From Lytechinus pictus (Eukaryota), in assembly GCF_037042905.1 (NCBI RefSeq), contig NC_087245.1:36334001-36398000 (forward strand): 64,000 bases of DNA. Direction: 5' to 3'. Made by a program: the position numbers and the translations under genes. Below are positions 28,300 through 42,460 of the stretch, piece by piece (within the stretch, counting starts at the first letter, position 1; the number at the start of each line of letters is the position of its first letter). A model generated the notes under the pieces. The model was given only the letters and a program-made list of their open reading frames with translations. It ran no database searches and was not told where the DNA came from.

Positions 28300-30210
28300 A
28301 ATAGCAATATGTCCACTTTTTATCCCCAATCAGCTGCTGTAAACATTGCCATATGCACGAGAAAGTCACTGTACTGTACACTAGACACCGTACCACACAT
28401 ACACACTCACTGTTTGAGCAGCAGCAGCCGACAAATCGTCCCCTTTCTTGGTCCGGTCGCTCGTCATGGGCAACAGGCTAAATTTCACTTTCGGTCCAGT
28501 GTTTGTATCCTCACTATCTGATCCACTATCGGACGACAGGACAACTGTCCAAATACCTTGGGGTGGAAAAATTAACATTGTGATAGGCTATATCACTCCC
28601 AAGAAAAAATAAAATAAGAAACAGATTGCACAAAAGTTTCGGCAGCGCTCTTCGAGCGCCGCACAGCACACACTAATGTTTTTTTCTTTCAGCTAGTCTT
28701 TCTCTCACACACAATCCCTGCCCGCACAATGATCGGACGGAAGGTTTTAGTCCGGTACGGTGCAGGTGCTGAATGATCCATACGGGTCATAGATTTGTAC
28801 ACTATTCCAATGAACAGGGCTGATATTGCCACGATACATCTGTGAATGAGCAGTAAACAACGATACGAACTTGATTGAAAACCTGTTCGCATCTTCCCCA
28901 CTCTGAAAGCCCGATATGTGCACGCGACACTGCGGGAACTAATTTTAGAAAACAGGCAGCTCAAAATTCATGTGGGGGGGTTTTGCATTATGAAGCTTTA
29001 TGCCGAATTATGGCAGTGAAATCAAGAAAATGTCGCACCGCCCACGCGCGAGTTTCGCTCAATTGCGTGCGACCTACGTAATCAACACGTAAGAGGGCAA
29101 AGATAGATTCAATGTTCTCGGGCAAAAAAGGAAGACTTGGCCATTTGATTCGTGAGCTCATGACATGAACTTGGACACTGGTCTCCAATGAGAAGACGAT
29201 GAGGAATATTCACCTAGGAATCGGATAAACGCGGTGGGATTTAACTGGGCAGGGATTAACATGAAGTGTATTTCCACACTCATTTTTTGCTTCTAAATCG
29301 CGAACTGGCTAGCGCAGCTCGCGCAGTGTACGGTACGGTATATGGAGTTCATACCACCACGTGACAACATGTGTGAAGAGCATGCGGTTTAACGTTTTTG
29401 GCAAATACCGGCAAGCAACATATATAACACGAAGGCAAATACTTACTGCAAACAAGAATAATGGAGCAATTTAGAGTATTCCAATTATTCACAAGGTATG
29501 CCTACAATGTGACGACAATATCTTGTAAATATATATATCACATTTAAGCTGCAACACACAAAAATGACTTTTGATCACAGCTCAATTAGAAATTCACCGT
29601 ATCTTCAGTACACAAGCTTCAAAGCGCCTGGTACATGCGCGACGGCTGCACTCTGTACAGCGACCTTTAAAATTCATCCGCTCTAGTAAATTAACACAGC
29701 CGGTAAACATGATTCGTATATAAATATGCAGCTTTTTACATCGAGAAAACATTAACATCCTAATCCGAATCATATATGTTATTCATTCCTATTCATTTTA
29801 CACTTATAATGTGACTTGGAGCTCGCGCTCAGCTGTTGAGTAACGGTGCAGCTCATGTCGCATTGCGACTGGCCTCGACGGTTGTACTACCCGGGGGCCT
29901 CGATCGCGATCACTGTCTCGCCGAACCTCCAGCGGCAGTATACGCCCATCACTTTGCGAAATCCGCTGAAATTTGTTGCTGCTGCTGTTCGAATAAATTT
30001 CATACGATTTCTCAACTTTTATCTCCAATTTTTGTGAGATAGATTTCTAATGTCATACAATGACATTTGTTTTACTTACACGGCTGTAAGCAATTATTCA
30101 TCGGATGATTATACACTTGCAAACTGCACTTCACCCGGGACTTCACCAGTATATATACGACAATACACCAGACGGTGGCCTGTATTGTTTCCAGAAGAAG
30201 AAGAATGAAA
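28300..30210 (-). promoter_or_regulatory. CpG-rich, repeat-free putative promoter/5' region of the minus-strand gene
   Basis: Visibly CG-rich unique sequence bordering a CpG-poor domain. Minus-strand donor-like sites occur at 30079 (GTAAGT), 29446 (GTAAGT) and 29213 (GTGAAT). Confidence 0.45.
28411..28556 (-). CDS. Probable early exon of an unidentified minus-strand gene (possible start MTSDRTKKGDDLSAAAAQT, ATG at 28467)
   Basis: Acceptor aatttttccaccccaag, strong donor ACA|GTGAGT and an open frame throughout. It lies at the edge of the CpG-rich region. Product not recognised. Confidence 0.5.
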
Positions 30211-30629
30211 TATATTGCTGTGAGAGGAATCATTGAATTACAATATTACATTTTAGAAAAAAAATAAGTTGGGCCTTATTAATGAATTGATAATTTTATA
30301 TTTCAATTACTTAGCTCTCTATTTCATTTAAGTGGATTTAATTTTTGGGCCCATCGCATGCAGGATCACCAGATCGACAATCAAAAGCATTTTTTTTTTC
30401 AAATAGTGAAAAAAGGAGGAAAAATAGAAGAAAATATGACAGATGGAACACCCTGTCTCTTTCAATGAAGATTTCCCTATAGCATTAACCTTAATATGTC
30501 TCAAAATTTGCCTATTCTAATTTCTGGGAGTCCATTATAAAGTTCAACATTTTGCAAGTTAGAGCCTCAATTTGTATATTTTCTTTCTTTGTTCATTGCA
30601 CTATGAAATGAAAAGTAAATTATCGTTAA

Positions 30630-31216
30630 AGGGGTGGTCCGGGCTGAAAGTATTTATAGCTTAATAAATAGAGTAGAATTCACTCAGCAAAATGCCGAAA
30701 ATTTCATCAAAATCGGATAACAAATAACAAAGTTATTGAATTTTTAAGTTTAGCAATATTTTGTGAAAACAGTCGTCATGAATATTCATTAGGTAGGCTG
30801 ATGATGTCACATCCCCACTTGTTCTTTTGTATTTTATTTTATTATATGAAATTATGTTTATTCAAATTTTTTCCTCCAAGAACTAGAAAAATTGGATTGA
30901 AAACTGATTTAGTGCATTAGATATTTATTGCTGCAACTCATTTCATTATAAGGGAGACATATTATTCACACAAGTATGAAATAATGAAAAAACTATGAAT
31001 TTATGTAATAACATAAGAAAACGTAAAGTGGGGATGTGACATCATCAGCCCACCTAATGAATATTCATGATGACTGTTTTCACAAAATATTGCTAAGCTT
31101 TAAACTTCAATAACTTTATTATTTGTTATCCGATTTTGATGAAATTTTCGGCATTTTGCTCAGTGAATTCTACTCTATGTATTAAGATATAAATATTTTC
31201 AGCCCGGACCACCCCT
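30630..31216. mobile_element. Kolobok-type palindromic MITE, well preserved
   Basis: TTAA|AGGGGTGGTCCGGGCTGAAA ... TTTCAGCCCGGACCACCCCT|TTAA; arms nearly perfectly inverted for ~190 bp. Confidence 0.92.
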
Positions 31217-34200
31217 TTAAGATAAAGTTAGAGAAAAGAAAGAAGAGCACCATCATGACGGGCATGACACTCCTAATGTAAACAGGGGCGGATCCTGGAT
31301 TTTCCAAGGGGGGCGCCCGGGGGGCGGGGTGACAACAGAGAGCATGCATCACATATTTAGCATACATACTCGACTATCAGTGAACACGCTGCACAGGAAT
31401 CACACTTGTCGAGGTGTCCACAGTGTGAAAATACCTTCACACAGTTGAATTTCAGCATTATAACAGTGTGAATAACATTTGCACATAGTCTACTATGTGA
31501 TCACACTGTGCTTTATCCAAAAGGGATATAGGATATGATTCTGTCTGTCTTTATCCTGCCCATTTAATAATAATAATAATGATGATGATAATAATAATAA
31601 TGATAATAAAGATGATGATGATAATAGGCCTAATACTACTACTAATGATAATGATTGTGATACTTGAGCACACACCGTCCATAGATGCTCATGGCGCTAG
31701 CCCAGCAACGGTTCTTTTGAATATACAAACAATAAAAAATATAAATGTAAACGAAGTTTTAAAAAAGAGAGAGAGAGACAGAGATCTTAACAAATATAAC
31801 TGAATACATAATTTAAAAAAAGAACAGTTTTGCATCACCCACCGGAATTCCTATAGCTACATCCGGGTGGGGGCTGGTGCCCTCCTACTTGCTGCTCCGT
31901 TCACTTGTTGGTAGTGCCCTGGGGCAGTGGATGTTATGCAGTAGCGGGCCCAAAAATATACAAGAAACCTGACATGGCGTAAGGGATTTCTTAAAACTTA
32001 CCCTTCATAATAATCTAGATTTGTTATAGATTTTGACATAATTTAATTTTCTTATAGATTTTGACATAAGATTCAGAATATTATACCATATATTTCATCC
32101 TTTTCTGTTACTTTATTTCATTTTTATTTTCCTTTTTTTCTTTCTTTGTCGCGAAAATTAAAAAAAATAATAAGCACCCCCCCCCCAAAAAAAAAAATGA
32201 TGATGATATAATTATAAACCTAACTGGAATTCTGTATCTCAACTTTAACAAACTGACCTCCATGTGAAACGAAATAATAACATAAGTTCTTTGTGTAAAA
32301 TTCTTTAATAGGATAGCAAAATAAAAATGAAGTGAATTCAAGCGAGATTTGCATAAATTTGCAAGCCACGGCTACCATTGCTTTAAACCAGTATAATCGT
32401 TAAGAACTGTTCACATGATTTTTTTTTAAGTTGAACATAATCTCTTTACAAAATGTTCATTTTAAAGTCGTATCATAAAATAAACCCTGTATAGTGTCAG
32501 GAGGGGTGACAAATCCACTTTATTATTGATGGTATATGACGTGGCTCATAAGAACATCAGCGAGGAAGAAAGAGTAAAAAATCAAATCGGTATGCATTTT
32601 CAGATTTTATTATGTATAACTTCAAATCAAATGATAAGATAACGATACGCTTTCAAAAGTCTTATCGAATACAATCACAGAAAATGTTATCTTGGCAGAA
32701 AAGTAAAAACAACAAAAATACAGAGTTACAGTACATCAATATAATTTATAAAATTGTATATAGGATAATAGGAAAGGAAAGATGCAAAATATAAGGAAAA
32801 ATGCGATTGGATAGTTCATGGTCATAAAATTCAGCATAAAGACCCTGTTAAAGAAAGGAATAAAAGTGACTCACTTTAAATTGTCAGACATTTTTTTTAT
32901 CAGTCATTATTAAGTGTACTTTTTCTAATGAATTTTTTTTTTAATGAAAATAAATTGATTCAGTGACATGAATTTCTTGAATCTAGACGTTATACCAGCA
33001 GAAATAATACAGTTACAGATTTCGTATAATTATAGCAAGGGTTTCAGCTTTGTGAAAATTAATACACTAATGTCAACTAAAAACCATATTTCACCCCCCC
33101 CAAAAAAAAAAAAAAATAATAATGATATTAAAAATAAAAAGTTAAAACAATAAAAAAATAAGATAAAATGAGATGAATAGATAAATAAACATTTGAATAA
33201 ATAAAAAAAGAAGTAAATAAATGTATAAATAAATACATCAATAAATAAATAAAATAAGTGAACAAATGAATAAATGCCTAAATGAATAAATAAATAAATT
33301 AATTAATTAATTAATAAATACATGATATACAGCCAATGGTTCTACGCAATGTGATATTGGTTAAAGAGCGACACAACGCTACATGTTGTAAATATATTTT
33401 CTGTCATAATCATCTGTAAAAATTCAGTCTATTTGGTAACCTTGATTGTTGTCTGAAGTCATTCTGCCTCTACATGTATCGGGGGACGAGGCGATCGACC
33501 GCTGATATGTAATCTAGAATAGCAAATATTCATATATTTCCCAGCTAGAATAAGCAAGCCTGCTTTTTCGAATAACATTCTCAATATATTCCAATTTTAA
33601 TTATGTTCTGAAGTCCTTCGACGGTTTAAACGGTAACATAAGAATAGCCAATTGGTTTTATATATATAGTCCATTATCTCCTGAAAGTTCCATTTTAAAC
33701 GTGCACTTGCTATGCGTAGGAATTGAAACATTATGATTTACTAGTATAGCGAATTGACTGACCCACCGCGGAGTGCATTTCGCTCGACGAAAATCTATCA
33801 ATATAATTGGATCAGATCCTACAGTTTTGAGGAGCGAAGCAAGCGAGCACCGGATAGATATTTTTTTTAAAACATAAATTCTTATCAACAAACTTGCCAC
33901 CATCCTTGGTGGATAGAGAAAGGAAAAAATGGAAAAAATTAAACAAGGAGGAGATAAGAAAAAGTGAATGAAATAAAGAAATAGAGAAAGTGAAAGGGAT
34001 GAAGAAGAAAGGGAAAATCCTAATTTTTCGGCCTTTTCATTTTACATCGCTTGTCACACAATTTCGCCATCATATATATTATGTTGTCACTATCAAATTG
34101 GCTTATCGGTCCCCTTAATTTCGTGATCATTTTTTTCCTTTTTACCCCCGTCTGTCTTGTCAAATCAACTTACCGAATCCGATCGTCAATTTTGTCATCC

Positions 34201-34339
34201 TGCATCGTCTTCCTTAGCAAGTACATCCCTGTCACACAAAAAAATCCAACAAGAATTGCATTAAATTTTTTTCAAACATCGGATGTAAAATAAGGAATTT
34301 ATGACAGTTTATAGTTTTGCTTATCGCGTCTAATCACCA

Positions 34340-37300
34340 TAGCAAGATGATTCACCTAACCCATCTTTTCATCATCCGGTCTCTTCATCCCCAGCAAGAT
34401 GATTCGCCTAACTCATCTTTTCGTCACCCCGTCTCTTCATCCCCAGCAAGGTGATTCGCTTAACTCATCTATTCGTCATCCGGTCTGTTCATCCCAGCAA
34501 GATGATTCGCTTAACTCATCTATTCGTCATCCGGTCTGTTCATCCCCAGCAAGATGATTCACCTAACTCATCTTTTCGTCACCCCGTCTCTTCATACCCA
34601 GCAAGATGATTTGCCTAACTCATCTATTCGTCATCCCGTCTCTTCATCCCCAGCAAGATGATTCGCCTAACTCATCTATTCGTCATCCCGTCTCTCTTCC
34701 CCAGCAAGATGATTCGCCTAACTCATCTATTCGTCAAACCGTCTCTTCATCCTTAGCAAGATGACTCGCCAAACTCACATATTCGTCATCCTGTCTCTTC
34801 ATCCCCAGCAAGATGACTCGCCGAACTCACATATTCGTCATCCCGTCTCTTCATCCCCGGCAAGATGATTCGCCTAACTCATCTATTCGTCATCCCGTCT
34901 CTTCATCCCCAGCAAGATGAATCGCCAAACTCATTAATTCTTCATCCCCTGCAAGATGACTCACCTAACTCATTTATTCGTCATCCCGTCTTTTAATCCC
35001 CAGCAAGATGACTCGCCAAACTCATCTTTTCATCATCCCGTCTCTTCATCCCCAGCAAGATGATTCACCTAACTCATCTTTTCGTCACCCCGTCTCTTCA
35101 TACCCAGCAAGATGATTTGCCTAACTCATCTATTCGTCATCCCGTCTCTTCATACCCAGCAAGATGATTCGCCTAACTCATCTATTCGTCATCCCGTCTC
35201 TCTTCCCCAGCAAGATGATTCGCCTAACTCATCTGTTCGTCATACCGTCTCTTCATCCTTAGCAAGATGACTCGCCAAACTCACATATTCGTCATCCTGT
35301 CTCTTCATCCCCAGCAAGATGACTCGCCGAACTCACATATTCGTCATCCCGTCTCTTCATCCCCGGCAAGATGATTCGCCTAACTCATCTATTCGTCATC
35401 CCGTCTCTTCATCCCCAGCAAGATGAATCGCCAAACTCATTAATTCGTCATCCCCTGCAAGATGACTCACCTAACTCATTTATTCGTCATCCCGTCTTTT
35501 AATCCCCAGCAAGATGACTCGCCAAACTCATCTTTTCGTCATCCCGTCTCTTCATCCCCAGGAAGATGATTTGCCTAACTTATCTATTCGTCATCCCCAG
35601 CAAGATGACTCACCTAACTCATCTATTCGTCATCCCGTCTCTTCATCCCCAGCAAGATGATTCGCCTAACTCATCAATTCATCATCCCGTCTCGCCATCC
35701 CCAGCAAGATGACTCGCAAAACTCTTCTTTTCGCCATCCCGTCTCGCCATCCCCAACAAGATGAATCGCCTAATTCATATATTCGTCATCCCGTCTCTTT
35801 ATCCCCAGCAAGACGATTCGCCAAACTCATCTTTTCGCCATCCGTCTCTTCATCCCCAAAAAGATTAATCGCCAAACTCATGGTCATCCCGTATCTGTAT
35901 CTCCAACAGGATGAATCCCAAACTCATCTTTTCGCCATCATTCTCTTCATCCCCAACAAGATGAATCGTCAAACTCATCTATTCGTCGTCCGGTATCTTT
36001 ATCCCCAACAAGATGAATAGCCAAACTCATCTATTCGTCATCCGGTATCTTTATCCCAAACAAGATGAATCGCCAAACTTATCCATTTGTCATCCGGTAT
36101 CTTTATCCCCAACAAGATTAATCGCCAAACCCATCTATTCGTCATCCCGTCTCTTTATCCCCAACAAGATGAATCGCCAAACTCATCTATTCGTCATCCC
36201 TTCTCTTTATCCCCAGGAAGATGATTTGCCTAACTTATCTATTCATCATCCCGTCAGCAAGATGACTCGCCAGACTCATCTTTTCATCATCCCGTCTCTT
36301 CATCCCCAGGAAGATGATTTGCCTAACTTATCTATTCGTCATCCCCAGCAAGATGACTCACCTAACTCATCTATTCGTCTTCCAGTCTCTTCATCCTTAG
36401 CAAGATTACTCGCCAAACTCACATATTCGTCATCCCGTCTCTCGTCCCCAGCAAGATGACTCGCCTAACACATATATTCGTCATCCCGTCTCTTCACCCT
36501 TAGCAAGATTACTCGCCAAACTCACATATTCGTCATCCCGTCTCTCTTCCCCAGCAAGATGACTCGCCTAACTCATATATTCGTTATCCCGTCTCTTCAT
36601 CCCCAGCAAGATGACTCGCCTAACTCATATATTCATCATCCCGTCTCTTTATCCCCAGCAAGATAATTCGCCTAACTCATCTTTTCATCATCCCGTCTCT
36701 TCACCCTTAGCAAGATTACTCGCCAAACTCACATATTCGTCATCCCGTCTCTCTTCCCCAGCAAGATGACTCGCCTAACTCATATATTCGTTATCCCGTC
36801 TCTTCATCCCCAGCAAGATGACTCGCCTAACTCATATATTCATCATCCCGTCTCTTTATCCCCAGCAAGATAATTCGCCAAACTCATATATTCGTCATCT
36901 CGTCTCTTCATCCTCAGCAAGATGATTTGCCGAACTCATATATTCGTCATCTCCAGCAAGATGACTCGCCAAACTCATCTATTCATCATCCCGTCAGCAA
37001 AATGACTCGCCAAACTCAGTTATTCTCCTCATCCCGTCTCTACATCCCCAGCAAGATGACTCACTGAACTCATCTATTCATCATCCCGTCTCTTTATCTC
37101 CAGCAAGATGATTTGCCTAACTTATCGTTTCGTCATCCCGTCTCTCTTCCCCAGCAAGATGAATCGCCAAACTCATCTATTCGTCATTTGGTCTCTTAAT
37201 CCCGAGCAAAATGACTCGGAGACCTCATCTATTCGTTATCCCGCCTCTCTTTTCCCTGCAAAATGACTCGCCGAACCCTTCTATTCATCACCCTGTTTCT

Positions 37301-37340
37301 TTATCCCCAGTAACATGACCCGGTGACCTCATCTATTATT
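34340..37340. repeat. 52-bp minisatellite, ~3 kb
   Basis: Unit ccagcaagatgattcgcctaactcatctattcgtcatcccgtctcttcatcc (e.g. 34391, 34443); some units are shortened by internal deletion. Confidence 0.96.
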
Positions 37341-37454
37341 CATATCATTTTCATAATTTCCAGCAATATGGAAAATACATTTATGGCAGCTATATATTGG
37401 TCTAGAAACCATCCATATTATTTTGATTTTTTTTTTCAGTGTTAATCACACAGT

Positions 37455-37899
37455 GTAAAATATGAAAGTTATGATATTTTCACATTTCGCTTAATTTCAC
37501 AAATGGTCTGTATACCGATTAGGGGACTGATCACTGATGACGTCACTCTATTATATGAAATATCCTCCCTAATTTATTCCTCCCTAAACATGTGGAATTA
37601 CAATTGTTTTAACAATTTCTGGTAGAGTCAAGTTGGTCCTTATTATCAAATCTGTAAACATTGAAATATTGTATAATTAAAAAAAAAGAGATAGTGATTG
37701 ATGTAAATCATCGACTCTCTTATTTTGCGTATCACTGAGCTGTGCATAAATAACTGTTTGGTGTAAAATGAGCGAAACTTTAAAATGTCATAATTAGCTT
37801 TATTATTTCACATCCAATTTTCAATAAATTTTCAACGTTATGCTTGCTTGATTTTCTTTATTGAATCAAATTAACATTTTTCTGGGATGGACTTGAACT
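37455..37899. mobile_element. Kolobok-type MITE remainder, family of 21603-22205
   Basis: Colinear with ~21690-22205; ends ggacttgaact|ttaa. Matching left-arm sequence sits at ~34230-34324. Confidence 0.7.
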
Positions 37900-37959
37900 T
37901 TAAAGCATTCCTATATTACTCCAGCTATTTAAAATCATAATTTGGATGTAAATCTGTAA

Positions 37960-38456
37960 GTATGGCCCCCAGATTTTGGTCTGGACACTCTTCTTAGGAT
38001 TATCATCAAATTTTTATAAAAGCATGGCAATATCAAATTTTTTTTCTGAGATATTTTATTTTTGTCGTGACATAATAATTTTTGTATTCTTTGTTTTTTA
38101 TTGTCTTTTCGATGGAAATCGTCGGCAACACTATTTCAGTCATAAATAACATGCAATTATTTGCTTTTAATCAATTAAAATGAAACAAAAAATAATGATA
38201 CATTTATGAATTTTGGCTACATGCAGAATTTGCATTGGATTTGTATATGAAATCACGTTTTTGAGCAATTTTGGGTCAGACATGCACTTACAAAATATTA
38301 CGTAACTTTGCTTAATATTACGTAACTTTGCGTAAGACTTGAAGGAAAAGGGTCATAAAACGACGCGATGCGATCTTTTCGCGTTACAGATTTATCGTGA
38401 AAATGTCGAGGGGGCTGTTTTTGACCCCCCCCCCCCCTCCAACGGACTGGATGGGG
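37960..38456. mobile_element. Right end of a piggyBac-like non-autonomous element
   Basis: Ends ...ggatgggg|TTAA after a gggggc...cccccc hairpin; related inverted sequence at ~61770-61900. Confidence 0.5.
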
Positions 38457-38689
38457 TTAAGGCATTTGATACATGATAAAGCCATTGTCAGTTGTCAGTA
38501 ATTTTAGGGGCACTTTCTTACACATAAACTACTGTGAAATGGATTCTGAAATGATAAATATGGAATAGTGAAACCTCAAGTGTGTGTGTTTTCGAGTGGA
38601 AGGAATAAACAAATTTGGTAGATTTTGAAAAAGAAAAGGTATGCCTTTTAAAATATACTTCTAATCTCGCCGTGGCCTATCGTCCTTTG

Positions 38690-38940
38690 CACGGCATCAA
38701 TCCATACTCTGCCTGGACTCTGTCACTCCCCATTCAGGTGTTAAATGGGTATACCCGATATGATGCGAAAGCCTGTTTGCCTCGTTAGCAAATGAATTTA
38801 AAAACTATTGCTTGAATTCTCCCCATGGAGTGGAGAAAGTGCATACATTGTATGCTGTAATGCCAGGATCAGATGACCGGGGTAATAATATTATAAAAAA
38901 ACGATTAGAGGCGTCGCTCCGATGTATAAGCGCTATACAA
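38690..38940 (+). mobile_element. SINE body and tail, 5'-truncated
   Basis: caggtgttaaatgggta core-like motif, ctccccatggagtggagaaag and tail aagcgctatacaa. Confidence 0.6.
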
Positions 38941-39119
38941 GCAGATCTACAAGCACCCATAATAGGAACGAGGAGTTACAGTGTTTTTAATGAGGGTAAA
39001 AACACTTTCACTACTCGGCCCTTTTCCATCCTTTTCTCTTTTTGTGTTTTTGTAGCGTAGGCCCTATTGTTATATTTGAACTAGTACGCCTAATAGAAGT
39101 ATACAATGTATAGTCATAA

Positions 39120-39163
39120 TATTAATATAATAATGATGATGATGATGATGATGATGATGATGG

Positions 39164-39195
<32 letters not shown>

Positions 39196-39380
39196 TAATG
39201 ATAATAATAATAATAATGATAATAATGATAATAATGATGATAATGATAATAACAATATAGCGCTTACTAGTCTGTGTTTGTAATAAGCGCTTTACATTGT
39301 AATCTTTATTACTCTGTCATCGGATCCTGCATGCATTCCCACACGTTTGTCTTTCTCCACTCCATGGGGAGCATTCTAAC
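39120..39380 (-). mobile_element. Inverted copy of the same SINE with an expanded (ATG/ATA)n tail
   Basis: ctttctccactccatggggagcattc is the reverse complement of ~38814-38839; tatagcgctta abuts the microsatellite. Confidence 0.6.
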
Positions 39381-40759
39381 AAGAGTTCCAAGACTCAATC
39401 GGGTGGCAATCTATATCATGGATAAAAGAAAAAATAATAAAATCACATTCGAGTATTTAGTCTTCTCTGTATGACTTATCATGTAGTTTAATCTAGCTCT
39501 GTATTATTTCATTACATTGACTCCGGTTTTTTCTGATAGATCTTCACTTTCATTCCTAGAGGAATCCACATAATTAGGAACTCTGCTTTCTTCTTGAAAT
39601 CTCTTTTCCATTATTGATATTTTTTGTTATTTTGATAAATTGTTTCATGCTAACATCTAAATTAGTTTAAAAGAAAGGGGGAAATATGTAGTTACAATGT
39701 TAACTTAAATCACGATATTTTTTTTTTATTAAAAGGGGAAATGGGTGTTGTCTTGTTGAAAATAAGACATGAACTCGAACTTTAAGTAATTTGGTATACT
39801 GTACAGCATATAGGTTGATCTTTATTCATTACAGCAATGAGATATAACCACTTATCCACTTTTCTCACTGTCGAATACGATACACTGAGAACACTTTAAA
39901 AGCTTGTCCTGTTTCAGATTATTCCTGTTTAGTACATTTAACGTCCAGACATCGATTTTGTTTTCTCTTTCCGATCTATTTTTATCAAGTTCATTCAAAA
40001 CTGATAATGCTTAGTGCTCTATTTAGAGTCACGTCAAAGGGTTACCACGTTCAAAACATCCCAGGGGATAAATAAATGATAGGGCCTATAGATTTTGAAC
40101 GGACATTGTGTTTAGCATACAGACACACACAATGCACGGCGCCACATCGCTCGTCTACTGAAGCACCGATGACGTCAGTTGATTCGTATGACGTCACATG
40201 AATGATCGCCGGAGCCCGCTTCCGACCCCGTGGAGCAAAGCGCTCTATTCTCACTGCATCAACAAACGATCGACTGCGTTTGTAAATAACAGTTGGTAGT
40301 TATTACAGCGCATTTGGAACGAAAAATAGAGCGCAGTGGGGAAGTTAGTGGCATTAGCGTTTCATGCCATGCATGGTCCATGCTTATCCGCTTTACTTTA
40401 GCTCTATTGGCGTTACCCAGAAAACAAAAAATTGGGGCATAAAATATTGAGGTGGGAAGTTGTTGACGGTTGCATGATGGCGTTGATATCAATTCTGACG
40501 TCGTACATAATACAGAGTGTGTTCATGAAACTGGACAGGGGTATGTATACAGGTATAACAAAGACAGGTGGTGAATAATGCTTTTTTTTGCATTGGCTAA
40601 CTTATAACTGTTCACGATATGATCAGTGGCGAGACGCGTTACTAATTTCACAGTAAATGTTCAACATAATCCAAATGTCATATTTTTCAATGGACGTTTT
40701 AGTTTTGGATAATTATAATATGATGATTACGGTTGATGCAAGGACGATTGAAATTATGA

Positions 40760-41460
40760 TGATAAGGAGTATGGATAAGGGTAATGGTGGTGGTGGTGAT
40801 GGTGGTGGCGGAGGAGGTGATGGTGGTGGTAGTGGTGATAGTGGTGGCACTCACGTAAATCTAAGGGGCGAACCTTTTGTTCAGGGAGAGGGGATGATCT
40901 ATTGTTTTATCCCCCATTTGAATAGTATGACGTCACGGATTTTCACCAATGGGTGGTGGTGGTCATGATGATAAAGGTGATGCTGCTGCTGCTGATGATG
41001 ATGATAATGATGGTGGTGGTGGTGGTGATAATGATGATAAAGATGAAAACGAATAGTATTATGATAAAGAAAAAGATCATGAACACGATAATGAGGATGA
41101 TGATGATGATAATGATGATGAGGATGATGATGATGATGATGATGATGATGGTATTGATGACTATGATGGAGGTGATGGTAATGATGTTCATAATGATGAT
41201 GATGGTGGTGGTGGTTGTTGATGATGGTGATAATGATAAAAATGGTAACGAAGATTTATATGATGATGAAGAAGATGATGATGATGGTGACGATGATGAT
41301 GATGATGATGATGTGATGTTGATGATGATGCTGATGATGATGATATCAATGATGACGATTTCAATGATGATGACTTTATGCAAATGGTCATGGAAAGAAG
41401 AACATGATGATAATGATGGTGGTGGCGAAGAAGGTAATGGTCGTGAAGATGAGTAAAAGG
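40760..41460. repeat. Degenerate (GAT/GGT)n microsatellite
   Basis: Visible trinucleotide runs. Confidence 0.92.
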
Positions 41461-42239
41461 CAAGTAAAGGAAGGAAAGATAAATTATAAATGCAACTGCG
41501 ATTTCTATTTATTTATTTATATATTTATTCATAGCTTTCCATCTTAAGAAAGAGTTAAACCTGACTTCAGAATATGGACAAATGTAAATAACCCTTCCCC
41601 TATAGGCCTATGGTGCATTGGATTTGACGAAATCATTCTGCGACCACAAATACTTTACTTTTTACAACGAAAAGACGGAGAACATTTCTTTTACCTCACT
41701 CGCTTCGCCCACTTAATATCTCATGGTGTTTAAAATTAAGTTGATGTGGCAAGAAACTTGCAATGCGAGTGCGTTATATATTTCTTGCTCGCTGCTTTCG
41801 TAAATGTTGGTACGACAAGTACAAGAAGCAAACTGATTTATCCAGATAGGTGATCATAGGGGGGGGGGGCTGACGGCGTTGCATCTTTTCTGTGTAAAGT
41901 GTTCTTACCATTCATTTCTCACTGTCCTCACTCGAATGCATTTTCATACAGGGTGCTATGGACGCATGAATATTTGTCAAAATAGGTGACAAATTCATAG
42001 AGCAACATCATATTCTATTATGATCACAAAATCACCTTTTACCATTAAAAAAACCCCTTTTATTTATCCTTGCTTCTTGAGTTCGTACAGTCATACATAA
42101 TGGCAGGTGCATGGTGTGAGAAAAGATGACCATGATTCAGATGAACATACACATTTCCTCGTTCGCTGCGCTCGCACATATATATTATTAAACTATCGTA
42201 TACTACTAAATTAAGGATGGTGACAATGCTTGTCATTAA

Positions 42240-42460
<221 letters not shown>

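Noticed and set aside
34340..37340. ORFs 35709-36459 and a possible CRISPR array
   Set aside because: Head-to-tail 52-bp units, not a multiple of 3, with no unique spacers.
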